In this document: positions 1 through 9,972 of the stretch, one piece after another | How the letters are laid out: each line of letters begins with the position of its first letter | Position numbering within the stretch: position 1 is the stretch's first letter | Assembly: GCF_023055435.1 (NCBI RefSeq) | Contig: NW_025964383.1 | Coordinates: 26,474,001 to 26,538,000, forward strand | Reading direction: 5' to 3' | DNA from: Haliotis rufescens | Taxonomy: Eukaryota | Length of the DNA: 64,000 bases | Program-made: the position numbers and the translations under genes | Notes under the pieces: generated by a model | Database searches by the model: none | What the model was told of the DNA's origin: nothing | What the model saw: the letters and a program-made list of their open reading frames with translations, nothing else

Positions 1-234
1 GCTGGTCAACCCCTGTCACTTTGCTGAGATTGTGTCATTTTGTCCGACGGTGTGATACGTTGCTCATGCTATCAACCACTGGTTTGACTTGACCGGCTCG
101 ATTATCTACATACCGCCGTGATATACCTGGGATAAGTTATCTGCGTAAAACAACATTCACTCACTACATTCTTAAATCGCAGTCACTTTCACAGAGTGCA
201 TGGAACGCACGTGCAGCATACACACACAAACAGT

Positions 235-400
235 GGGGCGGTCGGGTAGCCTAGTGGTTATAGCGTTCACTCGTCAAGCCAAAGACCCGGGTTGATTCCC
301 GACATGGGTACAATGTGTGAAGCCCATTTCTGTGGTCCCCCGCCATGATATTGCTGGAATATTGCTAAAAGCGGCGTAAAACCATACTCACTCACTCACT
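235..400 (+). mobile_element. tRNA-derived SINE family A
   Basis: A box tagcctagtgg, B box, (ACTC)n tail, TSD cacaaacagt. Confidence 0.85.
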
Positions 401-510
401 CACAAACAGTGAAATGTACACCTGAAGGGCAATAGACATGTCCAATGACGATCACTGACTGACTGGACAAGATCATTTAGATGTGATTCAACCATCATAC
501 AAAATGGTTA

Positions 511-749
511 GACCCGGGTAGAGAATAGGTTTTCAGCAACCCATTCTTGCCGTCAGAGGCGACTATGTTTGTCGTAAGAGGCGACTAACGGGATCGGGTG
601 GTCAGGCTCGCTGACTTGTTTGGTGCATGTCATCGATCCCAATATTGCGTATATCGATGCTCATGATGTCAGTCCAGACGCGATTATTTATAGACCGCCG
701 GATTATTGCTGATTGCAGCGTTAAACAACAAACAAACAAACAAACAAAC
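511..749 (+). mobile_element. SINE-like family B
   Basis: gtcgtaagaggcgactaacgggatcgggtggtcaggctcgctgac..., (CAAA)n tail. Confidence 0.8.
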
Positions 750-847
750 AGAAATATGGCTAACCGTTAGGAAGAGTCCTTGCAGTTATTGGACATGTGA
801 CACCATAAAGTGAAATGTCGGGACACTAACTTTTTGTCGTCTTCCAG

Positions 848-936
848 TTTTGACAGACCAAGCGTACATTATAATTCAGTTGTGAGCATTCCCGGGATAG
901 AGGAGGACAAAGGCGCGATCGTCAACCTTACTGACG
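848..936 (+). CDS. Candidate internal exon of a plus-strand gene (FDRPSVHYNSVVSIPGIEEDKGAIVNLTD; OTU-like HYNSV)
   Basis: Polypyrimidine tract tttttgtcgtcttccag, donor G|gtaatt, open frame, phase 2-1. Confidence 0.45.
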
Positions 937-1168
937 GTAATTACTAGTTGTGGCCCCGCAGCATTAAATCAAGCAGGGGGGGGGGGGGGGGGGGGACCAC
1001 ATGACCGCGCCGAGGCATCCCTCACACATCACACACACCTACACGGTGAAGGGTCTCATTGTATAGTAATTATGTGTTGTGGCAGAACTATAACATGCTG
1101 CATTTACAGAGAAGTGATAGAAATAGTTCGAGCATATAAATAACCACCCTGTGTACATATTCCTATAG

Positions 1169-1377
1169 GAGTCAGAGATCATGGTTTCGGCATTGTTTGG
1201 AAATGTAAAACGTCAGCACTTGAGAACAACCACCCCAACTATCCATCTCAACAGACTCCGTCGCTCACAAAACGCAAAACATTCCATGAAAGCGAACGAC
1301 ATCACCAGGCGCCCGCGAAAATGGCACGTATGCCCCGCCCCCACCGGCAGCACCCGCCACCCACACGGTCTGCATAA
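1169..1377 (+). CDS. Candidate next or terminal exon of the same plus-strand gene (GVRDHGFGIVWKCKTSALEN...)
   Basis: ttcctatag acceptor; phase 1 continues open for 68 codons to TAA 1375-1377; alternative donor C|gtatgc after 1327. Confidence 0.4.
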
Positions 1378-1440
1378 AACAGCTAGTGACTGCTTGATGC
1401 GAATATGTTTCCGGTGACTGTTGTGTGTCTGTACTTCATG

Positions 1441-1702
1441 TTTGTTTTGTTGTTTAACGCCGCACTCAGCAATATTCCAGCTATATGACGGCGGTCTGTA
1501 AAATAATCGAGTCTGGACCAGACAATCCAGTGATTGACATCATGAGCATCGATCCACGCTATTGGGATCGATGACATGTATCAACCAAGTCAGCGAGCCT
1601 GACCACCCGATCCCGTTAGTCGCCTTTTACGACAAGAATAGTCGCCTTTTACGGCAAGCATGGATTGCTGAAGACCTATTCTAACCCGGATCTTCACGGG
1701 TC
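1441..1702 (-). mobile_element. SINE-like family B
   Basis: Full length, TSD ctgtactt(c/t)atg. Confidence 0.88.
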
Positions 1703-1974
1703 CTGTACTTTATGAAGGAAATTCACGAGTGAATGGGAATTCAGATGTTGTGCTTGGAATGGCGTTGTTATTGATGTTTTTTGTATGGATTCAGATATTG
1801 AACACAGAGGAACTTGCTGAATCTCGAAACTACAGAAAAATATGAGTATCTTAGAGAAGACTTTTCAGGTCTAACAGTGTAGACAACGCGATTCATTTTA
1901 ACAGAAGGAACTCGTTAGTCGGGACCCCGATAGTCCGAAAAATCCTGCTTTCCGAACGATTCTGTTCTTAACAT

Positions 1975-2170
1975 CCCCGTAAGATCCGGGTTAGAATTGA
2001 TCTTCAGCATTCCATACTTGTCGTAAGGGGCGACTAACTAGATCGGGTGGTCAGACTCGTTGACTTGGTTGATGCACCATAATGTCAATCCCTGATTGTC
2101 TGGTCCAGACTCAATTATCACACATACTTGGAATATTTCTCAGTGCGATGCTAATCAACAAACAAACAAC
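1975..2170 (+). mobile_element. SINE-like family B (internal deletion)
   Basis: Head and tail match family B. Confidence 0.75.
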
Positions 2171-2267
2171 CCTTTGACCCAATGATTCTTTAATCCATAT
2201 ATTCGTTAATCCGGACGACACCGTAGGGATCAACGAAATTTCACAGCACACTCAAACGATAGTTTTG

Positions 2268-2450
2268 GAGTGAGTGAGTGAGTGAGTGAGTGAGTGAATA
2301 TGGTTTTACGCCGCTTTTAGCAATAATCCAGCAATATCACGGCAGGGGACACCAGAAATGGGCTTCACACATTGCACCATGTCGGGAATCGAACCCTGGT
2401 CTACGGCGTGACGAGCGAACGTTTTAACCACGAGGCTACCCGACCGCCCC
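2268..2450 (-). mobile_element. SINE family A
   Basis: Full-length reverse copy. Confidence 0.85.
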
Positions 2451-2584
2451 TGATAATTTTGGAAGGAGTTTATCTGCATATCTGCTCACAACATTTGCAA
2501 AAGACTACACCATATCACTCATAAATCTGTTCCTCTCTATATAAATTATTGTGAAGAGACTGAATGTACACGGCCACTCTACAG

Positions 2585-2649
2585 TTTCACGACCAACCTG
2601 CCCCGAGCCCCAACCCCTCACACGTAGAAAAAGAAAAACTGAAAATTAA
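2585..2649 (+). CDS. Candidate terminal exon (SRPTCPEPQPLTRRKRKTEN*)
   Basis: ctctacag acceptor, phase 1 compatible with the 1327 donor, basic NLS-like end. Confidence 0.25.
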
Positions 2650-3344
2650 AACAGGTAACGCAAGAAAGAAACATAAAAAAACGGTTCTGTAGCGGTGAGT
2701 GTATTGACAACAGTTTTCGCCAATCGGACTTACAGGCCGTTCATATTTAGGAAGTGGACAGTTTCTATACACTCTGTTTGGCAGCGGCCAGGGTAATTCT
2801 GTGTCAGCAGCTATGCGGACAAATACAGTAATTGTCTGTGTGTATAGGCAGATGCCCTCGTCATAACAAAGTTGGGAGATGTGTATACACCAGACGAAAA
2901 GACACTGTTTCATTGGTGTTAAACTCTCACCTTATTTTATATTTGTAAAGATGACAATAGCAGCTTTGTTGGGTCTCTGAATTGATCATACTTTTTTTAA
3001 TGGAATGGAGTCAATTTTCTTTTTACGAACATAATATGCTTTTTCACCTTTTTGTTTAAACTTGAAGAGTTTTTATGAATTGAATGTTTCATTGGCGTTA
3101 GACTTTCACCTATTGTATTGTCAAGTTGACAAAAGAGGCTTTATTGAGGCTCAGATTGGATTCTACTTTTTATGGAATGCATCCAATTCCTTTTTGCTAT
3201 GACATTTTACGTTTAGAACAGGTGTGTCATAAATGTTAGACCATCACCTTGCATTGTTTTCGGGAGGCTCCGAATGGATAATACATATATCGTTCTTATT
3301 GCACTGAATTATTTAAAATGACATTTTTCTTTTTGTTTAAGTAA

Positions 3345-3606
3345 TGAATGAGTGACATTTAACGCCACTTTGAACAGTATTCAAGTTATATCACGGCGTG
3401 TCAGCTTTATGTTGGAGGAAAGCCTGAAGTGTTGCAGGTCTCAGACGTTTTCCACTTTGCACGGTTATGGTGCTGACAAACCCAGAAACATATTCGGGGC
3501 AAACTGGGATTCGAACCCACGATCATAGATTTCTGGCGTGCCCAAGGGACGTAACTCTGCACAGCGAATTGCGGCGCCTTAGACGACTGTGCCAGCCGCG
3601 CCCCCT
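3345..3606 (-). mobile_element. tRNA-Leu-like SINE family C
   Basis: Reverse copy; (GAGT)n tail. Confidence 0.8.
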
Positions 3607-3659
3607 TTTGTTTTAAACTTCAAGGGTCATTATGTAAGTTTCGGTTATGTAAGACTTCC

Positions 3660-3910
3660 CCTTTCAGTGACAAACAAAATGTTCGATGCAATTCCCTATT
3701 TGACTTGTACCGTATGGTCCCGTGTTTTTTTTCAGGTGAAACAATTGACTTGCCTTTGCATGTTTTTGTGACGCTAATATTGTTGCGAACACCTGGTTCC
3801 TCAGCATTTGATAGTGATTCATAAACACATGCTCATGATATACCGAATCGTATAATCGACTCTGCTTTTGGAAGATATTTCTTATGAATATTGATAAGGT
3901 TTTGTCACTT
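3660..3910 (+). mobile_element. 3' tail fragment of the same RT family
   Basis: Matches 23540-23760 (gacttgcctttgcatgt...gcgaacacctgg...tgatagtgattcataaacacatgct). Further fragments at about 20530-20640, 54180-54380 and 56750-56990 (minus). Confidence 0.6.
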
Positions 3911-5611
3911 TTATTGCCAAGTTAACAAAACAGGTTTTATTGAGGCTCCTAAATTATCTTATTTTTTTTTAGAAAGCATTGGGACATTTTGATCACATGA
4001 ATTATTATTTGTTTAATTTGCTTAAACTTCAAGAGTAGTTATGAAATGTCTGTTTGTTGCTTTGTGAAGTGGTTGTTTTATGTGTAAAGTGCTACAAAGC
4101 TATACACATTAGTTACATTAACCATCCTTTAATGATATCATTAATGTCTCTATTAAGTCAATAGTAATGTCATATTTGAGATGTCAATGTATTTATACAC
4201 CACTGTATCGACACAGCACACGAAGTTCATCCTGATAGACTCAAATATCTATGGATTTTCGGATACAAATAAAAAAAAAGAAAAAAAGGAATAAGCTAGT
4301 CCATGCTAAGCTATTGGTGTTATTTTTGGGGAAAGAAACCTCAACATGATCTTGATAAGATAAGATAAATCGTTGTACATTTCCGACATAAGAAACGGAC
4401 GCCCACGTATATTTCCAAAAGGTGTTTAAAAGGTGGTTGTCCCAACATTGACCAGAATGTCGCACCTATGGGACAAACATACCCTCCCCATGCTGGAGAA
4501 TGCGGAAGAACACCAAGCGTCGAGCACGAGAGAGGAGCCGGCTTATTCACGGGTGCCAAAATTGACCAAGATTTGGGCCGTCTTACTTGACAAATTTACA
4601 CCAGGTTCTTCAGCGTTAAAATAGATAGTGATTTCCGTTGCCCGCGATTCAAAAGGCATCAAGGAGACAAAAAAGCGGAGCTTTGGGAGTAAGAAGGAAT
4701 CCTCCTTCAAGTTTGAATAAATCCGCTAGACGGGCAGAACGCCATGCCTAGCGGTCTTGCACAAATAGAAGAAAAACAACACAATGTTTGGTTCAATCGC
4801 GACAGGTATTCGCGCTTTACCTGTAGCAAGTAGCTGTCACTGTGGATGGGATTTGTGGTAATGTTGAAGATATCGAGTTGCATTTTATAAGATTACTTAA
4901 AACGTCTATGTAGTGCATGTGTCTTGACAGATTCCTTTCTAGTGTTGGTTCACGTCTTGTTCGTTGCATGTTTATACGCATCTTTTATGCATTGTCGCTT
5001 TAGGATAACGAGTTAAAGGACCATACAAACTGATGGATAAATTTGAGAATAATTCGAAAAACAATTTTGGCAAGATCATAGTTGGTTTTGTGCATTGTAT
5101 GAAATGCAATGAAAGATTTGGATTGATATATTATCAAGAGGACGTGCACACAGGAAACGTGTTACACAGGATAGATTTTGGACAAAACATTGTCTCTATA
5201 TTCTACATGTTTGGTATTGGGACATCCTTCAATATCAATGTCGTAACATAATGACAATGAAGTTATCAGTTTGGTCAAAGAAAATGTAATGAACTAAGAT
5301 AACAATGATACGACAGAGCGTCCAAATGGCAAGAATACACTAATCTGATTTAGTATGGTAGAAACTATTACTGTGGGCATTGTGTCTTTGTAATTTATTT
5401 ATAATATGATTGTAAACAAAAATGCTGATGCTGTGTACTCATTCAAAAGACGTGAAATAATGACTCTAACTGAAGGTGAAGGCAGCTTAGATGTAAATCT
5501 AAAACGTCAATGCCAGAGAGTAACCAGTCTTGTTTATCCAACGAAACTGATTCCATTTGGCGTAAAAGACAAAAAGGTGAAAGTTAAATGAATTGATCCC
5601 TGAAAATCAGC

Positions 5612-5893
5612 GAGTGAGTGAGTGAGTTGGGTTTAACGCCGCTTTTAACAGTATTACAGTTATATCGCGGCGTGTCTGCTTAATGTGGGAGGAAAGCCCG
5701 AAGTGATGCAGGTCTCAGACGTTTACCACTTCGGTGAAACCCACGAGCACGGGTATGGTGCTGACAAACCTAGAAACATAATCTGGGCGAACCGGGATTG
5801 GAACCCACAATCTTTAGGTTTCTGGCGTGTCCAAGGGACACAACTCTGCACAGTGAATCGCGGCGCCTTAGACGACTGGGCCACCCGTGCCCC
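5612..5893 (-). mobile_element. SINE family C
   Basis: Full length, TSD ccctgaaaatcag. Confidence 0.88.
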
Positions 5894-7430
5894 CCTGAAA
5901 ATCAGTGATGACACCAGGTGTTCGTGAAAAGGGTAATGAGTAACAAACACTCACAATTCTCTGTAAAGTAAAAAGTGATGCCATTCATATCAACAGCAGA
6001 AGGAAGAAAGGGAATAGAGGCAAAACAACATGGAAGCGACAGATTCAAGGAAAGGACAACGCTCACAACTCGTTGTTAAGTTAACATGACGCTATTCATT
6101 GTTACAATACCATTGCAACCAAGAACAAAATGTTCTCGTCTCTAGTCACGTATGTGTAAACGAATGTTTTGTCCAAGATGAGGATGTATTTTTTAGGGAA
6201 GAATATTTTGTAACTATCATCCCCATACCATACTTTTACACTCCTAGCAATCATGTCTTTATAAACATGAAACTAAATTCCACATGTTTAGCGTTTTATG
6301 AAGAAGCGTCAAGGACATCTAATATTAACACATACAAAATAAACAACCAAAAAGGGAAAAAAAAGAAGAAAAGTAACTAACACTTTTACAATACTGACAT
6401 AACATTAACATCGAACGTTTCACTTGAAAATCGAATCATATAAAATGATTCTCACAAATGGCTAGCATCAGGACATTTCTTTAACATGCCCCCAATGATT
6501 AATTCTAAAGAAATCTGTCTGGCTGTTGAACACGCCTCTATCAATCAGCCATGACTCTCCTTGTTAAACACCGCCCACGTTGAGAATCAGCATAGATAAT
6601 TCCAAATTTGACTTTGATGATGGAAGTATTTAGTTCGTCGTCTGATGTCGCCAATTCTGGTTGACAATACAATTCCTTTAATTTCATTCTATAATAAATG
6701 ATAGGAGACCCAAGCATGGCGATTGTTTCTCTATTGTCTTGTATTTGAATGAAGAGCTCCCCCTGTTTGCTAACACTGCCAGAAACCAGGTAGGGTATTT
6801 GACACTTGTTTGCACACACATTTGATCGATCTGGCTCCACATAACAATGCCCGATTCAGTTCAACACAGACTGGACTAAAGCTTTGGGTCTTTGAAATGT
6901 GGGAATGTTTTTTCGCATTCAGCTGGACGTTAGGTAACTTGCCGGTAGGATTTGCAGGACATCGAGACTTCGTTGCCATGTATTTGAAGTCACTGATGGA
7001 TTTGGGAAAAAAGTTGATTTTTCGAAAGAAGCTAATAGAATAAGCTTCGTCGGAAATAGCTGTGATGTTTTGTTGAGCTTTTGTATCTTCCTTCAATAAA
7101 AGTGTCCAAAGTTAACACTTCTAAATGTAGAGTTTGTCTGGAAATCCAGGAATTATTATACATTTGTACATGAATGTAACAGGAGGGTTGGACTCCAGGC
7201 TCTGTCCTTAAGAGGTGCCTGTTTCATTCAAAGTAAGAACCGGTACACCTTACCCTAGACAATAATCCCATCCAGAAAACTAGATCGTGGATGTGACATT
7301 TATGTCCGCACCAGCATATGTGCATATGCTTAAACAGAGAACAAACTGTCTCCTTACGATACATTTTATATTTCATGTTGATGAAATGTTCAAATTTAAA
7401 CCATGAAGATTAATAATTCATCACCGTATA

Positions 7431-7723
7431 CCCCGTGAAGATTCTGGGGTAGAATTGGTCTTCAGCAACCCATACTTGCCGTAAAAGGCGACTATTCTTG
7501 TCGTAAAAGGCGACTAACGGGATCGGGTGGTCAGGCTCGCTGACTTGGTTGATACATGTCATCGATCCCAATAGCGTGGATCGATGCTCATGATGTCAAT
7601 CACTGGATTGTCTGGTCCAGACTCGATTATTTTACAGACCGCCGTCATATAGCTGTTATATTGCTGAGTGCGGCGTTAAACAACGAACAAACAAATAAAC
7701 AAACAAACAAACAAACAAACAAA
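7431..7723 (+). mobile_element. SINE-like family B
   Basis: Full length, TSD catcaccgta. Confidence 0.88.
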
Positions 7724-7925
7724 CATCACCGTAGATGTGAAGGTTTCCGTTGAGATCATCCATAAACTTAAACCTGTAATGTTTGTCTGATCTCAGAGTA
7801 ACCACACAACACAATTCTAAGATAACAGGAATAAAACTGAATGGGGCACCTGTTTAACATGTCATGAAATGAAGGTTAAACAAATACACAGTTACGTTGT
7901 ATAAAACAAGTAACCAAATCCGTAC

Positions 7926-7981
7926 CTTGCATGACTTGCCAGGGTGAAGCTGAGTACAGTGTTATCATCGTAATCCACTGC
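7926..7981 (-). CDS. Cadherin exon 14 (AVDYDDNTVLSFTLASHA)
   Basis: AxDxD; tttcag acceptor, gtacgg donor; ends in phase 2. Confidence 0.88.
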
Positions 7982-9938
7982 CTGAAATAGATAACAGAAC
8001 TAGTGATAAATACGTACAGACTTACACATCAGTCTCAATAGCAGAATTACTTAGTACTTTTTGTTTTAAAGTTCTCTAAATGAAAATGGTGAGGTGAGGT
8101 GAAATGGGGTTTAACGTCGCGTTCAAGATTATTGCACTTATATAGCAACGTACATGCACGTGTGTGTGAGTGTGGCTGCTTATACTAGTCCGGACTGATG
8201 CCGATTTATAGTGCTAGCTCACTGAGATACCATGCCGTAGTTTAACATGAATACCCCACTCAGACACAGTATACTGACTCCGAGCCGACCAGTCCTTGTT
8301 TTAGCCCCTTAATGTCAAGCACCAGACAGGGTAACAACAAGTACCATCTTTTAACGTCTTTGGTATGACGCGGCCGGGGATCGAACCCCGGACGCTCTAC
8401 CACTAGACCACAATAACAATGCCAGATACACATAACATATGGTGGTCGTGATACTCTCGATGCGACGCTTACACTGTTTTCAATCAACATACCTCTAATG
8501 AAGAGAATTTATGGATGTCAGTATCTTTATTATGAGGAACAGAACGTTTCGGAGTATATGCTTACTCCTTCATCAGGTGAATTAGGTATAATCATTCACC
8601 TGATGAAAGATTTAGCATAATAAAGAAGTTGGCATCCATAAATTCTCTTCCTCGTGTGTATCACTAAATGCCTTCAAAGACTTACCTCTACTTTCGTTAT
8701 TAATTCATCTTGGACTCTTTCCCTGTCTACTGTGATCTCCTTCTGTGTGAAGACAGGGTTGTTGTCGTTAACGTCCGACACATACACCGTCACAGTGGCT
8801 GTTGTGTTCTGTAACAACAGGGTCGCATACATTTCTGGGCAGTCAACATCTACACTCACACAAGCTAAACTATAGTTGCATGAACATTACGACAGACAAA
8901 TAAAAAAGTGGGTGGGAGTGAACGCCGCTGGTAGCCATATTACTAAGGGGAGTCACAAGAAAAGAGGCCTCATGCATTGTACCACGGGGGAGTCACAATA
9001 AATTGGCTTCATATTGTATCACAGGGGAGTCACAATAAACAGGTTTCATGTATTGAACCACGTGGGGTCACAATAAATAGGTTTCATGCATTGTACTAGA
9101 AGGGAGTCATAAGGAATTGGCTTCATGCATTGTACCCGAAGAGAGTCATAAGGAATAGGTTTCATGTATTGTACTAAAAGGGAGTCACAAAAAATTGGCT
9201 CGATGCATTGAACAAAGAGGGAGTCATAAGGAATATATTTCATGTATTGTACCACATGGGGTCACAAGAAATTGGCTTCATGCATTGTACCCGAAGAGAG
9301 TCATAAGGAATAGGTTTCATGTATTGTACCACATGGGGTCACAAGAAATTGGCTTCATGCATTGTACCAGAAGAGAGTCATAAGGAATAGGTTTCATGTA
9401 TTGTACCACATGGGGTCACAAGAAATTGGCTTCATGCATTGTACCCGAAGAGAGTCATAAGGAATAGGTTTCATGCATTGTACTAAAAGGGAGTCACAAG
9501 AAATTGGCTCGATGCATTGAACAAAGAGGGAGTCATAAGGAATATATTTCATGTATTGTATTACAGGGGAGTCATAAGAAATTGGCTTCATGCATTGTAC
9601 GAGAAGAGAGTCATAAGGAATAGGCTTCATGCATTGTACCAGAGGGGAGTCAAAGGGAGGGACAGGGTTTCATGCATTAGACCACAGGGAAGTCATAATA
9701 AATTGGTTTCATGAATTGTTCCACAGGCTAGTCGAGAGAGCTGGGATTCATTCATTGCACCACATTGGAACAATTACAACAACTAAAATACCACGATATA
9801 TTGGTTGCCTCACATGTATGGTCAATTCGAAATAATATTAAAATCTTTCATTGATGTAGTTTTGAAACTGACTCAAGTAATAAAGAGTTAATCTCATCTT
9901 TGGAGTACACATCATGTGAAGCCGTAATAGCAACAATT

Positions 9939-9972
<34 letters not shown>

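Noticed and set aside
235-310. tRNA genes at SINE heads (Asp-, Leu- or Ser-like)
   Set aside because: They continue into SINE bodies with tails and TSDs, and acceptor stems are not intact.
4240-7330. Coding-looking fragments (e.g. 5033-5251, 6541-7096, a GADIN string near 7300)
   Set aside because: Frequent stops, no recognisable domain and no consistent exon structure; possibly a decayed pseudogene or TE, which needs blastx.
1383-7753. Recurrent short ORFs (MSSIPIAWIDAHDV..., MGGKPEVMQVSDV...)
   Set aside because: Incidental frames within SINE families B and C.
9046-9835. 13-aa repeat ORFs
   Set aside because: Translations of the 39-bp minisatellite.
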